The notes under the pieces are model-generated. The model saw nothing but the letters and a program-made list of their open reading frames with translations. It did not search any database and had not been told where the DNA came from. 64,000 nucleotides of DNA from Myxococcales bacterium (GTDB lineage Bacteria; Desulfobacterota; Binatia; HRBIN30): the NCBI GenBank assembly GCA_037445065.1, contig JBBILD010000016.1:27296-91295 (forward strand), given 5' to 3'. A program made the position numbers and the translations under genes. This document shows positions 9,842-21,339 of the stretch, piece after piece. How positions within the stretch are numbered: position 1 is the first letter of the stretch; each line of letters starts with the position of its first letter.

Positions 9842-12235
9842 ATGGAACCATTCGTGAAGCTGGCAAGAAGCAGCGAAGGGGCGGTCGCGGCAGGATGCGA
9901 ACGTGCGGTGTATCTGGTCGAGGCCGCCTCGTGGCTCGAGCGCCGCGTCTTGCGCCGGTACCTCGAGCGGCAAGGGGCAGCGACCAGCGAGGTCCTGTGG
10001 CTGCCCTCGCCGCGCAGGCAGCGCAAGTTCGTCCCCGACTCCCGCTTCGAGGCAGCGTTGAGCGCGAGCGATAACCCCAGGTTCGTGCCGGTGCGCTTGA
10101 TTTGGCATCCACCGCGCCGGGGCGGCGTGCGGGAAGCGCGGCTGCGCGATTTGCTGACCTTTGGCGACCCGCGCGACCCGGGGTGGTTGCGCCAGCTCTG
10201 GGTCTTTTCCCGCCATCCCGATCGCTGGGAGGTGCTGGCCGGCGAACCAGCACGCTTGTCGGAACTGCGCGAGCGCTGGCAGCAGCAAGCACGGCTCGAC
10301 GCGCAGCATACGCACGGACTGGCAGAATTTGTGGCCCGGCAAGCGGCACTCGCGTTGGAGCGCGCCGAACGTCGCCAGCGCGGCGCCCGCTATAAAGTGC
10401 CGCGTTTCGTGCACGAGGAGATCCTGGCGCGCCCCGCCTTTCGTGCCAGTATGGCGCACGTGGCACGCCAACTCGGCGTGGGTGAAGAAGAGGTGATGCG
10501 GCGCGCGACCAAGAACCTGCGCGAGATCGCTGCCACCCACAGTCCGTACGTCATAGACCTGGTCGCCAACCTCGTACGCTTGCTCTACCGCCAGGGCTAC
10601 ACGCAACTGGTGTACGAGCGCAGCGAGATGGCGCGGGTGGCGGAGCTTTTGCAGCGCTATCCGGTTTGCTTCCTGCCCTCGCACAAGTCGAATCTCGACC
10701 ATTTGGTGTTGCAGTATGCCTTGCACGAAAACGGCCTGCCGCCCAACCATACCGCCGGCGGCGACAACATGAATTTTTTCCCGGTGGGGCCGCTGATGCG
10801 CCGCTCGGGCGTGTTTTTCATCCGCCGCTCCTTCAAAGACGATGCGCTCTACAAAATCGTCCTGCGCCATTACCTCGACTACCTGATCGAGAAGCGCTTC
10901 TCGCTCGAGTGGTACATCGAAGGCGGTCGCTCGCGCTCGGGCAAGTTGCTTCCGCCGCGCTACGGGCTGCTGTCCTACGTGATTGACGCGTATCGCCGCG
11001 GCAAGAGTGAAGATGTGGTCCTACTGCCAGTCTCGATTACCTACGACCAAATCCAAGACATTAGCGAGTACGTGCAAGAGCACCGCGGCGCCGCCAAGGA
11101 GCGCGAGAGTTTGCGCTGGCTCATGCGCGTGCTCGGGCGCTTACGGCGCCGCTACGGCAGCATTCACATCCGCTTTGGCGAGCCTCTCTTTTTGAGCCAA
11201 GCGCTCGCCCGCGGCCAGGAAGGGAGCGGTACGGCGAGCGAGGAGCCCGACCTGGCGGTACGCAAGATCGCCTTCGAGGTGTGCGTGCGCATGAATCGCT
11301 CGACCCCGATCACCCCCGTGTCGCTGCTCACCATGGCCTTGCTCAGCGTGGCCGATCGGGCGTTGAGCTTGCGCGAGATCTGTGCCTTGCTGGCCGACTT
11401 GTGCGGGCTGGTCGAGCGGCGCGGGCTACCGGTCACCGCTCGCCTCGACGCCGGTGACGAAGCGAGTGTGGCGGCGGTGCTCGCGGCGCTCGAGGAAAGC
11501 GGGGTCGCCTCGCGCTTTGCCGAGGGCCCGCAGCCCGTCTACGCCATCGTGCCGGAGCAAGCGCTCGTGGCTGCCTACTACCGCAACACCGTGGTGCACT
11601 TCTTTGTCGCGCAAGCACTGGCCGAACTCGCCTTGCTGGCCGTGGCCGAAGCGCGCGAGCGAGCGCCGGCCAGCGGCGGCGAGGCGGGCGACGCGCTGGC
11701 CCTTTTCTGGCAAGAGCTGTTGCGCCTGCGCGATTTGTTCAAGTTCGAGTTTTTCTTTCCCGAAAAGGACCAGTTCCGCCGCGAAGTCGGGCGCGAGCTG
11801 GCCTTGCACGACCCGGATTGGGAGGCGCGCGTGCAGGTGGGGGAAGAGGGGGCGCGCCAGGTGCTCGCGCGGATTCGCCCGTACGTCGCACCCGGGGCAC
11901 TACGCGCCTTCGCGGAAGCGTACCGCGTGGTCGCGCACGCGCTGCTCTTGCTTCCGGTGGCAGAGGGTGTGGAGGAAAAGCGGTTTCTGGCCCGTTGCAT
12001 GGGGCTCGCTCGCCAGTATCACTTGCAGCGTCGCGTGCGCAGCAGCGAGTCGCTCTCGCAGGTGTTGATGCGCTCGGGGCTCGAACTTGCGCGCAACCAG
12101 GGGCTTCTGGGTGAGGAATGCACGCGGGAGAAGCGCCAGCGGTTTGCGGATGAGTGGGACGCTTTGGTGCGCCGGCTCGATGCCATCGAAGCGCTCGCCA
12201 GTGCCCGCTTTGCCACCGAGGTGCAAAACCGATGA
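9842..12235 (+). CDS. plsB: Glycerol-3-phosphate 1-O-acyltransferase
   Basis: SHKSNLD (HxxxxD), [18 protein letters not shown]. Confidence 0.88.
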   Translation: MEPFVKLARSSEGAVAAGCERAVYLVEAASWLERRVLRRYLERQGAATSEVLWLPSPRRQRKFVPDSRFEAALSASDNPRFVPVRLIWHPPRRGGVREARLRDLLTFGDPRDPGWLRQLWVFSRHPDRWEVLAGEPARLSELRERWQQQARLDAQHTHGLAEFVARQAALALERAERRQRGARYKVPRFVHEEILARPAFRASMAHVARQLGVGEEEVMRRATKNLREIAATHSPYVIDLVANLVRLLYRQGYTQLVYERSEMARVAELLQRYPVCFLPSHKSNLDHLVLQYALHENGLPPNHTAGGDNMNFFPVGPLMRRSGVFFIRRSFKDDALYKIVLRHYLDYLIEKRFSLEWYIEGGRSRSGKLLPPRYGLLSYVIDAYRRGKSEDVVLLPVSITYDQIQDISEYVQEHRGAAKERESLRWLMRVLGRLRRRYGSIHIRFGEPLFLSQALARGQEGSGTASEEPDLAVRKIAFEVCVRMNRSTPITPVSLLTMALLSVADRALSLREICALLADLCGLVERRGLPVTARLDAGDEASVAAVLAALEESGVASRFAEGPQPVYAIVPEQALVAAYYRNTVVHFFVAQALAELALLAVAEARERAPASGGEAGDALALFWQELLRLRDLFKFEFFFPEKDQFRREVGRELALHDPDWEARVQVGEEGARQVLARIRPYVAPGALRAFAEAYRVVAHALLLLPVAEGVEEKRFLARCMGLARQYHLQRRVRSSESLSQVLMRSGLELARNQGLLGEECTREKRQRFADEWDALVRRLDAIEALASARFATEVQNR

Positions 12236-12355
12236 GCCAAGTACCGCCCCTGGCGATTGCCGCGCAGAGCTGCGAACCGCGCAGCAGCCGGCCGCAGAGA
12301 ACGCCACACCAGGGTGCTGCCGGATGCGGGCGCGGCTCGAGGAGGAGGTGAGAAG

Positions 12356-13783
12356 ATGTTGTCGCACGCGTTGCGCGAGCGCTTGCGCGCGATTGTCGGC
12401 GAGAGTGGGTTCTTGGACCGTATCGAAGATCTGCACGTGTACGAGTGCGACGGCTTCACGCTCGCCCGTTCCGCCCCCGAGCTGGTGCTCTTGCCGGAGA
12501 CGCGCGAGCAACTGGTCGAGGTCGTCCGCCTGCTGCGCGAGGACTGCGTGCCCTTCGTACCGCGCGGGGCAGGTACCGGGCTCAGTGGCGGCTGCGTGCC
12601 GCTGGAGGCACCGGTGATGATCGGCACCAGCCGGCTCAAGCGCATCCTCGCTGTGGACAGCCGCAACCGCCGCGTTTGGGTCGAGGCCGGGGTGGTGAAC
12701 CTGGCGGTGAGCCAGCAGGTTCGGGAATTCGGTTTGTTTTACGCCCCCGATCCCTCCAGCCAGGCAGCCTGCTCGATCGGCGGCAACATCGCGGAGAATT
12801 CGGGCGGGCCGCACACGCTCAAGTACGGGGTGACAACCAACCACGTGCTCGGCGTGGAACTGGTGCTGCCCGACGGTGAGGTAGTGGAATTGGGTGGATG
12901 GGTGGAAGACGTGCCCGGCTATGATCTGACCGGCTTCGTGGTCGGCTCCGAGGGAACGTGCGGCATCGTGACCAGCGCGGTGCTGCGCTTGTTGCGTCAG
13001 CCGGCAAGCTACCTCACGCTGCTCGTTTCCTTTCCGACCGTGGCCGCGGCTACCGAAGCGGTCTCCGCCATCATTGCCGCCGGGGTCATCCCCGCTGCGT
13101 TGGAAATGATGGACGGGCTCATCGTGCAGGCGGTGGAAGACGCCTTTGCCGCTGGCTTGCCGCGTGCCGCGGGCGCCGTATTGCTGATCGAGTTGGACGG
13201 CTTGCCCTCCGCACTGCGGCGCGACGGACAGGAGGTCGAGAAATTGTGCCGGCAGGCGGGGGCGCTGGAAGTGCGGCGCGCACAGGATGCGGCCGAGCGT
13301 GAGGGGTTGTGGAAATGCCGCAAGCGAGCCTTCGGTGCCGTGGGCCGCTTGGCCCCCAACTATTGCACCCAGGACGGTGTGGTGCCGCGTACCCGCCTGC
13401 CGGACATTTTGGCGCGCATTGCGGCCATTGGCGAAACCTACCGGTTGCGCATCGGCAATGTGTTCCACGCCGGCGACGGCAACATCCACCCGATTCTTCT
13501 TTACGACGAGCGCGACGAAGACGAGGTGCGCCGGGTCATCGAGGCCGGCAACGAAATCCTGGCGGCATGCGTCGAGTTGGGTGGCAGCATCACCGGCGAG
13601 CACGGCATCGGCGTGGAAAAAATGGGGCAACTGCCGCTCCTCTTCTCGAGCGAAGACTTGATGGTCATGCGCCAACTGCGCCTGGTGTTCGACCCTGAGG
13701 AGCGCTGCAACCCCGGAAAATTCGTACCGGCGCCCGGCAGTTGCGTGGAGCTTCGCCGGCCACGCCGACAAGTGCCGTTGTAA
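12356..13783 (+). CDS. glcD: FAD-linked oxidase, glycolate oxidase GlcD family
   Basis: PRGAGTGLSGG, APDPSS, HAGDGNIHP, GEHGIG. Confidence 0.85.
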   Translation: MLSHALRERLRAIVGESGFLDRIEDLHVYECDGFTLARSAPELVLLPETREQLVEVVRLLREDCVPFVPRGAGTGLSGGCVPLEAPVMIGTSRLKRILAVDSRNRRVWVEAGVVNLAVSQQVREFGLFYAPDPSSQAACSIGGNIAENSGGPHTLKYGVTTNHVLGVELVLPDGEVVELGGWVEDVPGYDLTGFVVGSEGTCGIVTSAVLRLLRQPASYLTLLVSFPTVAAATEAVSAIIAAGVIPAALEMMDGLIVQAVEDAFAAGLPRAAGAVLLIELDGLPSALRRDGQEVEKLCRQAGALEVRRAQDAAEREGLWKCRKRAFGAVGRLAPNYCTQDGVVPRTRLPDILARIAAIGETYRLRIGNVFHAGDGNIHPILLYDERDEDEVRRVIEAGNEILAACVELGGSITGEHGIGVEKMGQLPLLFSSEDLMVMRQLRLVFDPEERCNPGKFVPAPGSCVELRRPRRQVPL

Positions 13784-13930
13784 CCGGGGAGTTGCCTGGG
13801 TCGCGCTGGCACGCAGGGCGGAAGCCGCCGCTGCCGGGGCACGAGATGATGCAGAGGTTGGCAGGGCACGCGGGTTTGGTAGAGTCGGGCGACCCGCAAG
13901 TGCGGATCCCGAGCAGAGAAAGGCACGCGT

Positions 13931-14251
13931 ATGGATGTGGAAATTCAAGCCCAGCACACGGAAGTGCACCCCCGTTGGCGCGACGTGATCGAACGCGGCG
14001 CGGCGAAGGTACGCGAGCTGTGCCAGGACGTGCTCCGCTTGCACGTCACCCTCGTGCACAGCCCGCACCATTTGCGCGGGGCGGAGGAGGTGCGTTTGGT
14101 GGCGCACGTGCCCGGGGAAACGCTGACAGCGCACAAGCGCGCCGCCGACATGGGTGAGGCGTTGCACGCGGCCTTCAAAGCGCTCGAGCAAGAGCTGCGC
14201 TCGTTTGTCGAGCGGCGGCGCGAGCGCCACCGCCAGCCGAAACGCACCTGA
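13931..14251 (+). CDS. HPF/RaiA family ribosome-associated protein
   Basis: 106 aa; HVPGETL..., ALHAAFKALEQEL pattern. Confidence 0.7.
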   Translation: MDVEIQAQHTEVHPRWRDVIERGAAKVRELCQDVLRLHVTLVHSPHHLRGAEEVRLVAHVPGETLTAHKRAADMGEALHAAFKALEQELRSFVERRRERHRQPKRT

Positions 14252-14258
14252 GCGCGCC

Positions 14259-15320
14259 GTGGCTGCCAGCAACGCTCGCTCGCACCCGCTCGCGCCAGGC
14301 AAGCTACCGCGCCGTGCGCTCGAAGCGCTGCTTCGCTACCGCGGAGCTGCCGACGCGCGCGTGCTGGTTGGCCCCGGCTTTGGGCGCGACGCAGCAGTGG
14401 TGGATCTGGGCGAGCGGGTGCTGGTGCTCAAAAGCGATCCGGTAACGTTTACCGCCCAGGAAGTGGGCTGGTACGCGGTACACGTGAACGCCAACGACTT
14501 GGCAGTGCTCGGTTGCGCTCCCGCTTGGTTCCAAGCGACGCTCTTGCTGCCGGTGGGGGCGACGGCGGCGCTGGCGCGCTCGATTGCGCGCGACATCCAC
14601 GCCGCGGCGCGCCAGCTCGGGATTGCGGTGACCGGCGGCCATACCGAGGTTACGCCGGCAGTGACGCAACCGGTGGTGGCCGGCGACCTCCAGGGCGTGG
14701 CGCGGCGCCGCGAGCTGGTACTCCCCGGTCGGGCGCGCCCGGGTGACCTCTTGCTGATCACCAAAACTGCCGGCCTCGAAGGCACCTCCATTCTGGCCCG
14801 CTCGTTTCCGCGCCGCGCCTTGCGTTTGCTCGGCCAGCGCAAGGCCGCCCGTGCGGCGCGCTTTCACCGCAACCCGGGGATCTCGGTGGTGCGCGAGGCA
14901 CTGCTCGCGGCGCGGCTCGGCGTTACGGCCATGCACGACCCTACCGAAGGCGGCGTGCGCGCTGGCCTGGTGGAGCTAGCAGCGGCCTCGGGAGTGGCCC
15001 TGGCGGTGGATCTCGACCGCATCCCAGTTGCCGGCGAGACGGTACTGCTTTGCCGCCACTTTGCCCTCGATCCGCTGGCACTGATCAGCTCAGGTGCCTT
15101 GCTCGCCACGGTGCCGCCCCGGCATTGGCCGGCCCTGCAACAAGCGTGGGCGGAGAGCAGCATTGCCAGCGCCTGCATCGGTGTGGTCAAAGCTGGCAGC
15201 GGAATCGAAGCGAGGCTCTGGGGCAAACGCGTGCGCTGGCAGTGGTCGGAGCAAGACGAACTGGCCCGCTTGTTCGGCCAGCGAGGCTACCGCCGGCGAA
15301 GCGGACGTGTTATGCGCTAG
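14259..15320 (+). CDS. AIR synthase/HypE-related protein
   Basis: GPGFGRDAA, VHVNANDLA, GGHTE, MHDPTEGG, LISSGALL. Confidence 0.85.
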   Translation: MAASNARSHPLAPGKLPRRALEALLRYRGAADARVLVGPGFGRDAAVVDLGERVLVLKSDPVTFTAQEVGWYAVHVNANDLAVLGCAPAWFQATLLLPVGATAALARSIARDIHAAARQLGIAVTGGHTEVTPAVTQPVVAGDLQGVARRRELVLPGRARPGDLLLITKTAGLEGTSILARSFPRRALRLLGQRKAARAARFHRNPGISVVREALLAARLGVTAMHDPTEGGVRAGLVELAAASGVALAVDLDRIPVAGETVLLCRHFALDPLALISSGALLATVPPRHWPALQQAWAESSIASACIGVVKAGSGIEARLWGKRVRWQWSEQDELARLFGQRGYRRRSGRVMR

Positions 15321-15344
15321 CGCTCACCCGTCCGGGAGGAGAGC

Positions 15345-15500
15345 ATGCCTGAGACCATTGTCTGTGAGCACTGCGGCTTGCCCGTAGAAAAGAAACAAGC
15401 AGAGATCGTAGTGGTGGACGACTGGCCACATTACTTTTGCTCGGAGCAGTGCAAGATCGAGTGGGGCGAGCTCGGTGAGGCCGAGGAAGAGGAGCTTTGA
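15345..15500 (+). CDS. Small TRASH/YHS-like metal-binding protein, 51 aa (absent from ORF track)
   Basis: MPETIVCEHCGLPVEKKQAEIVVVDDWPHYFCSEQCKIEWGELGEAEEEEL; GGAGGAG RBS; fills the gap between flanking genes. Confidence 0.8.
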   Translation: MPETIVCEHCGLPVEKKQAEIVVVDDWPHYFCSEQCKIEWGELGEAEEEEL

Positions 15501-15509
15501 GGGCGGCAA

Positions 15510-16418
15510 GTGATGCAGCAAAAACCAGCCTTGAGCTTGGCCGCGATGCGCGGCAAACGCCGCGCTGCGCTCGAGGTGGCGCAGGAGATCGAGCGGCGCG
15601 GTTTTGCAGGCATTTACTGCCCCAGTTTCGGCGACAACCTCGGGCTCTGCGAAGCCCTGTGCTTCGTGACCCGCGAGATCCCGTTCGGTACCGCGATCGC
15701 CAACATTTACACGCGCCACCCGTACGAGGCAGCACTCACCGCCACCCTCATTCATGAGCTCAGCGGCGGCCGCTTCCGCTACGGGATCGGAGTCAGCCAT
15801 GGCCCGGTGCTGCAGCGCCTCGGTGTGCAAACGGGAAAACCGCTGGCGGACGTGCGCCGCTTCGTGCAGGAGTTGCGAAAAGGCGCAGAGCGGTGGGGCG
15901 ATTTGCCGCCCATCGTGCTGGCTTCGTTGCGCCGGCCGATGGTGGAGTTGGCGGCAGAGATCGCCTCGGGTGCGGTGTGGGCCAATGCGTGCCGGTCGCA
16001 CATGCCGAAGTCGCTGGGCTTCTTGGGTGAGCGGGCGCGCGAGGAGTCGTTCTTCATCGGTAACATGATCCCCACTTGCATCAGCGACGACCGCGCCGCC
16101 GCCGCCGCAGTGAACCGCAAAACGCTGCTCTCGTACGTGATGCTCCCCAACTACCAGCGCTACTGGATCGAAGCTGGATATGAGGACGAGATGCGCGCTA
16201 TTCAGCAGGCCATCGCGCGGCGCGAAATCGAGCGGCTGCCGAGCCTCATGAGCGACCGCTGGCTGGCCGACTGCACCCTCTTTGGCTCCGCACACGAGGT
16301 GCGCGAAGGTGTGGAGGCATGGTTCGCAGCCGGAGTGAAAACCCCGATTCTGGTGCCTTCGTCCACACAAGGCGGGCAATTGGAGGCCATCGCCGAAGTC
16401 CTGCGCGCCTTCGAGTGA
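15510..16418 (+). CDS. LLM-class flavin-dependent oxidoreductase
   Basis: GTAIANIYTRHP, ELSGGRFRYGIGVSH. Confidence 0.88.
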   Translation: MMQQKPALSLAAMRGKRRAALEVAQEIERRGFAGIYCPSFGDNLGLCEALCFVTREIPFGTAIANIYTRHPYEAALTATLIHELSGGRFRYGIGVSHGPVLQRLGVQTGKPLADVRRFVQELRKGAERWGDLPPIVLASLRRPMVELAAEIASGAVWANACRSHMPKSLGFLGERAREESFFIGNMIPTCISDDRAAAAAVNRKTLLSYVMLPNYQRYWIEAGYEDEMRAIQQAIARREIERLPSLMSDRWLADCTLFGSAHEVREGVEAWFAAGVKTPILVPSSTQGGQLEAIAEVLRAFE

Positions 16419-16434
16419 CCACGCGCGCGGTGAG

Positions 16435-16605
16435 AATGGCGAGCCGCGAACAGCGACCGGCGAGCCGTCGGTGGCCAATGGTGAATGGTGCGTTCCGAGG
16501 ACAGCCACCTTGTGCGGCCGGCGCGGGCTAATGGGGCCACCTCTGGTCAGGGGTCCGACCCCGCGCTTCCCATTCGTATGGGCGGCGGTTGTGATTGCCC
16601 GCGGT
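16435..16605 (+). repeat. Heptamer array (8 units, 16435-16490) plus degenerate REP-like hairpins
   Basis: AATGGCG AGCCGCG AACAGCG ACCGGCG AGCCGTC GGTGGCC AATGGTG AATGGTG; GGGGTCCGACCCC hairpin. Confidence 0.7.
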
Positions 16606-16667
16606 GCCGTTTGTCCGGTCGTGGGCACCGGCCGCTCCGGCGCGCGTGCTGGCGTGCGGAGGAGCGA

Positions 16668-18281
16668 CTAGAGCTGGGCAAAAAAGTCGTTTCCCTTGTC
16701 GTCCACGACAATGAAGGCGGGGAAGTTTTCGACCTCGATGCGCCAGATCGCTTCCATGCCGAGTTCGGGATACTCGAGCAGTTCCACCTTCTTGATGTTC
16801 TCTTGCGCCAGCACAGCGGCTGGGCCACCGATGCTGCCGAGGTAGAAGCCGCCGTACTTCTTGCAGGCTTCGGTGACCAAGCGCGAGCGGTTTCCCTTTG
16901 CCAAGGTGACGTAACTCCCACCGTGCTCCATGAACAGCGGCAGGTAGGAATCCATGCGTCCCGCAGTCGTGGGGCCAAAAGAGCCGGAAGGATAGCCGGG
17001 CGGCGTTTTTGCTGGGCCAGCGTAGTAAATGGGATGGTCCTTGAAGTACTGCGGCAGCCCCTCCCCGCGTTCGATTCGCTCCTTGAGTTTGGCGTGGGCG
17101 ATGTCGCGCGCCACCACCATCGGTCCGCTGAGCGAGAGGCGGGTTTTGATCGGGTAGCGGGAAAGCTCGCGCCGGATCTCGTCCATCGGCCGCCGCAGGT
17201 CGATGGCGACCACCTCGCCGGTCAGTTGGCGCTCGTCTACCTCGGGCAAGTAGCGTGCGGGATCGGTTTCGAGCTGTTCGAGGAAAACCCCATCTGCAGT
17301 GATTTTGGCCTTGGCCTGGCGATCGGCGGAGCACGAAACGCCGATTCCGATCGGGCAACTCGCTCCGTGGCGCGGTAAGCGAATCACGCGCACATCGTGG
17401 CAGAAGTACTTGCCGCCGAACTGGGCGCCGATGTGGGTTTCCTGGGCAATGCGCAGCACCTCCTCCTCGAGTTCCGGATCGCGAATCGCATGGCCGCGTT
17501 CGTTGCCGCGCACGGGCAAACCATCGAGGTAGCGGCAAGTGGCGAGCTTCACCGTCTTGAGGGTCATCTCCGCCGAGAGGCCCCCGACCACAATGGCCAG
17601 GTGGTAAGGAGGGCAGGCTGCTGTGCCGAGGGTGCGGATTTTCTCGCGCACGAACTCGAGGAAGGCTTTGCGGTTCAGCACGGCCTTGGTTTCTTGGTAG
17701 AGAAACGTCTTGTTGGCCGAGCCGCCTCCCTTGGCGATGAAGAGAAACTCGTAACGGTCGCCGGCGACGCTGGCGATTTCGATTTGCGCGGGCAGGTTGG
17801 TCTTGGTGTTGACCTCCTCGAACATGCTGAGCGGGGCGAGCTGGGAGTAGCGGAGGTAGTCGTGCGTGTAGGTGTCGAAGACGCCGCGGGCGAGCGCCAG
17901 CTCGTCCTCGCCGTGCAGGGTCCACACCCGCTGCCCCTTTTTCGCGAAGACAATGGCCGTGCCCGTGTCTTGGCAGGAAGGTAAGACCATGCCGGCAGAA
18001 ACGCACGCGTTGCGGAGTAGGTTCCAAGCCACAAAGCGGTCGTTCGCGGACGCCTCGGGGTCGTCCAGGATCTTGCGCAACTGCGCGAGATGGCTGGGGC
18101 GAAAGAGATGCGCAATGTCGCGCATGGCGGTGGCAGCGAGCTGGCGTAAGCCCTCAGCTTCCACCAGCAGCACGCGCTCACCGCGGAAGTGGTCGAGCGC
18201 CACGAAGTCGCCCTCGAGTTTGCGGTACGGCGTGTCGTCCGGTGCAAGCGGAAACAGCTCTTGGAACGGAAACTCTTGCAT
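16668..18281 (-). CDS. fumA: Class I (Fe-S) fumarate hydratase
   Basis: [37 protein letters not shown]. Confidence 0.95.
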   Translation of the reverse strand: MQEFPFQELFPLAPDDTPYRKLEGDFVALDHFRGERVLLVEAEGLRQLAATAMRDIAHLFRPSHLAQLRKILDDPEASANDRFVAWNLLRNACVSAGMVLPSCQDTGTAIVFAKKGQRVWTLHGEDELALARGVFDTYTHDYLRYSQLAPLSMFEEVNTKTNLPAQIEIASVAGDRYEFLFIAKGGGSANKTFLYQETKAVLNRKAFLEFVREKIRTLGTAACPPYHLAIVVGGLSAEMTLKTVKLATCRYLDGLPVRGNERGHAIRDPELEEEVLRIAQETHIGAQFGGKYFCHDVRVIRLPRHGASCPIGIGVSCSADRQAKAKITADGVFLEQLETDPARYLPEVDERQLTGEVVAIDLRRPMDEIRRELSRYPIKTRLSLSGPMVVARDIAHAKLKERIERGEGLPQYFKDHPIYYAGPAKTPPGYPSGSFGPTTAGRMDSYLPLFMEHGGSYVTLAKGNRSRLVTEACKKYGGFYLGSIGGPAAVLAQENIKKVELLEYPELGMEAIWRIEVENFPAFIVVDDKGNDFFAQL

Positions 18282-18370
18282 GCCCCTTCCTTATCAAGGC
18301 AGCGCCGGGCGTGCATGCCGCTTCGCGCTGGTGCTTGACCGGGCGCCCCCCGGATTTCAACCTGAGGCGC

Positions 18371-19612
18371 ATGGCCCAAGGTAAGGCAAAGATGGCTGTA
18401 GTCCTTTCCGGAGGCGGGGCACGAGGTGCCTACGAAGCTGGGGTACTCTCCTACCTGTACCAGGAGCTGCCGCAGCACTTGGGGCGCGCACCGCACTTCG
18501 ACATTGTCACGGGGACGAGCGTAGGCGCCCTGCACGCCACGTTTCTGGCGGCGCACCAGGACGACCCGGGTGCGCTGCAACGCTTGCGCGAGGTGTGGTT
18601 TTCGCTCTCGGTGGAGAGGATTTTCGGACCGCGCGGGGTGACCGACGTTTTTCGCCTGCCGCTGCGGCTTTTGGGCCTCGGTTCTCCCCCGCCGCCGCTT
18701 CCCGCCAAGGCTTCGGGTGTCAGCGAGCGGCTGCCGGGGCTGTTCGACACTAGCTGGCTCGAGGAACTCGTCGTGCAAAACATCGACTGGCAGCGCTTGC
18801 GCGCCCGCCTGGATAGCGGCGAAGTAGACGCGCTGGCGTTGGCAGCCACGGAAATCGCCACTGGCCGCTCGGTCGTGTTCGTGGATCGGGGCATGCGCCA
18901 GCCCCCGGCGTGGGCACGCGACCCCTTTGTGATTGCCCGCCCGACAAAGATCACTCCCGCCCATACGCTGGCCTCGGCAGCGATCCCGCTCGTTTTTCCG
19001 GCCCTGCGCATCGAGCGCGCGTATTACTGCGATGGCGGCTTGCGCCTGAACACCCCTCTCGCTCCCGCCTTGCGCTTGGGTGCCGACCGTGTATTGGTGG
19101 TGAGCCTGCGCTACGCGCGCCCGCCCGAGGAGGAAGACCGCATCGCGCGCCGCCGGGAAGCCTCGTACCAGTCGCTAGCGTACCTGGCTGGAAAGGCCCT
19201 AAACGCGCTCCTGCTCGACCGGGTCGAGGACGACGTCGAGCGAATGCGCACCTTGAACACGCTCTTGCGCACCGTGGTGGATTGTTGCGGCGAGGAGTTT
19301 TTAAAGCGCATCAACGAGGCAATTGCGCGCGAGCGAGGCGCGGCTTACCGGGTGGTGGAGCCCTTGTTGCTGCGCCCCTCGCGCGATCTGGGCGAGCTTG
19401 CCGGTGAGTGCTTGCAGCACCGCAGGCCGGGGCGCGGCTTGCGCGATTGGCTGGGGCAAAACGTGGTTCGTTGGACAGCGCGCGGCACCGTCAGCGAGGC
19501 GGACTTGCTCTCGTACCTGTACTTCGATCGCTGCTACGCCTCGCACTTGTTCGAACTCGGCCGCAAAGACGCAGAGCGAATGCAGCCCGAACTCGCGCGC
19601 TTTTTCTCCTAA
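18371..19612 (+). CDS. Patatin-like phospholipase
   Basis: SGGGARGAY, GTSVG, DGG. Confidence 0.9.
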   Translation: MAQGKAKMAVVLSGGGARGAYEAGVLSYLYQELPQHLGRAPHFDIVTGTSVGALHATFLAAHQDDPGALQRLREVWFSLSVERIFGPRGVTDVFRLPLRLLGLGSPPPPLPAKASGVSERLPGLFDTSWLEELVVQNIDWQRLRARLDSGEVDALALAATEIATGRSVVFVDRGMRQPPAWARDPFVIARPTKITPAHTLASAAIPLVFPALRIERAYYCDGGLRLNTPLAPALRLGADRVLVVSLRYARPPEEEDRIARRREASYQSLAYLAGKALNALLLDRVEDDVERMRTLNTLLRTVVDCCGEEFLKRINEAIARERGAAYRVVEPLLLRPSRDLGELAGECLQHRRPGRGLRDWLGQNVVRWTARGTVSEADLLSYLYFDRCYASHLFELGRKDAERMQPELARFFS

Positions 19613-20955
19613 TCGGGCAAGCCCAAGGCCGCGCTCATCACGCGGTACAACTCGGTTTGCGCATGCGTGCCGGCAAGCCGTTGCGCAAACGGACCGCTGG
19701 CGAGAATCGGTACCTGGCTTCCCGTGTGGGTCTGCGCGCCGCCTACGATTTGTGTGGGGTAGGACACGGTCAGGAGCGCTCCCTCGCGGGTCACCAGTGT
19801 ACTGAGTAACCCGGGCGGGCGCGCGCGCTCGCCAGGAAAGGGAACGATTTGCGTTGCGTGGGCGTGATCCGCGGTGAGGATCACCAGGGTTCCCGGGTTG
19901 GCGGCGGCGTAGCGCAGAACCACAGCCACCGTGTCGTCCAGCTCGAGCGTTTCTCCGATTTGCTCGCACGGCTCGGCAGCATGTGCGCTTTTATCAATGT
20001 TCGCCCCTTCCACTTGCAAGAAAAACGGTGTGCCGCGCTCGGCCGCCCACCGGTGCAACAACGCGAGCGCGACCTCGGTCATCTGCGGCAGCGAGGGCTG
20101 CTCGGCCGGGCGCTGGCCGGGTACACAGCGCTGCGGGCCGCTGCCCGGGAAGGGGCGGGCCGGCTCTCCGTCCCACTGGGGAGAGAAGTCGCTCTCCGCA
20201 AAAAGGCCGATGACGTGGCGAGCGTTCCGGTCGAGGCTGCCGAGTTCGGCAGCCTCGCGCAGGAGGGTGTCGCCGTGCTCCTGCACGACTTCGAGCAACG
20301 TCTGGCGGCGCCAGGGGCCGGCCTCGATGCGCTGCTCGAACTTTTTCCGGCCGCCGCCCATGAGCACGTCGAGGCGGCGCTCGACTGCCTGTTCGGCAAT
20401 CGAGCCTGGCCCGCCGTTTTCCCGCCGCGCACGCGGGCAGAAGCGGAGGTCGGCTGGTCCCTGGCAAAGGCGGAGTTCCACATGGGCAAACAGCGCCGCA
20501 GGTGTCGCATCGGTTACGTCGGAGGTGGTGACCACCCCAACCGGCATGCCGGCTTCCTGGGCCCGTTCCAGCACGGTGGGAAGCGGCTCACTGCTTCCGG
20601 CTGTGGTGGACAAGCGGCCGTTACTGGTCCGCTTTCCAGTCGCCCAAGCCGTGGCGCTGGCCGCCGAATCCACCACGTAATCGGGCAGGTGGGGAAAGGC
20701 TTCTTGCACACTGGCGGTGAGCGACCAGCCGCGCACGGGCAAGGAGTCGAGATGCAAGCGGCCACTGGCACCGTAAGCGAAATTGCGGGCCGCCGTGATC
20801 TCTTGGTCGCCCATTCCGTCACCCACGAGCAAGATCACGGCATGGGCGCGCTCTTCTTGCGCACTGGGGCCGGCGGGTCGCGGCGCACACGCGCTCAGCA
20901 GGAGCGGGACGAGCACGGCCACGGTGCCGGAGGCGCGAATGCGGCGGTTGCTCAT
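19609..20955 (-). CDS. phoA: Alkaline phosphatase, probable lipoprotein
   Basis: GDGMG, DSAASAT, ATPAA, EGANIDKSAH, TADH; lipobox LSAC. Confidence 0.9.
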   Translation of the reverse strand: MSNRRIRASGTVAVLVPLLLSACAPRPAGPSAQEERAHAVILLVGDGMGDQEITAARNFAYGASGRLHLDSLPVRGWSLTASVQEAFPHLPDYVVDSAASATAWATGKRTSNGRLSTTAGSSEPLPTVLERAQEAGMPVGVVTTSDVTDATPAALFAHVELRLCQGPADLRFCPRARRENGGPGSIAEQAVERRLDVLMGGGRKKFEQRIEAGPWRRQTLLEVVQEHGDTLLREAAELGSLDRNARHVIGLFAESDFSPQWDGEPARPFPGSGPQRCVPGQRPAEQPSLPQMTEVALALLHRWAAERGTPFFLQVEGANIDKSAHAAEPCEQIGETLELDDTVAVVLRYAAANPGTLVILTADHAHATQIVPFPGERARPPGLLSTLVTREGALLTVSYPTQIVGGAQTHTGSQVPILASGPFAQRLAGTHAQTELYRVMSAALGLPD

Positions 20956-21335
20956 AGCGGCGGCATCTCTTCGGTGTGGCGATCCCAGGCGATGTCGCGC
21001 ACGACCCCGGTGAAGTCGAAAATCACCAGTACGCGGTCGCGGTTTTCGAAGCGCCGGGTGTAGGTGAACCAAGTGGTTCCGGTGATCGGATCGCGCAATT
21101 GGAAGGACGCGTAATTCCAGCGCTGGTAGGTGTAGACGAAGGCGTCGCCGTTGGTCTGGTGGAAGATCTGCGTGGGTGGGCCGAGTTCGCGCAGCACGTC
21201 GGAACGCGTCGAGGTGCCGGGCACGATGCGCTCGACCTCGCCCTTGAGCGGCGTGCCCGTGTACGAGCGGGCAATCGTGCAGCCGCAAAGCCCCAGCCAT
21301 GCGGCGGCAAGCAGACAGCGAAGCGGCGCCCGCAT
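20952..21335 (-). CDS. BamE/SmpA-like lipoprotein
   Basis: LCGC lipobox; IVPGTSTRSDVLRELGPP; FDFTGVV. Confidence 0.7.
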   Translation of the reverse strand: MRAPLRCLLAAAWLGLCGCTIARSYTGTPLKGEVERIVPGTSTRSDVLRELGPPTQIFHQTNGDAFVYTYQRWNYASFQLRDPITGTTWFTYTRRFENRDRVLVIFDFTGVVRDIAWDRHTEEMPPL

Positions 21336-21339
21336 ACGC

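Noticed and set aside
11900..14302. Long alternative ORFs (e.g. 11900-14302 -, 47145-49115 -, 34528-36075 +, 61382-62461 -)
   Set aside because: Antisense shadows of well-supported genes in GC-rich DNA, with no family motifs
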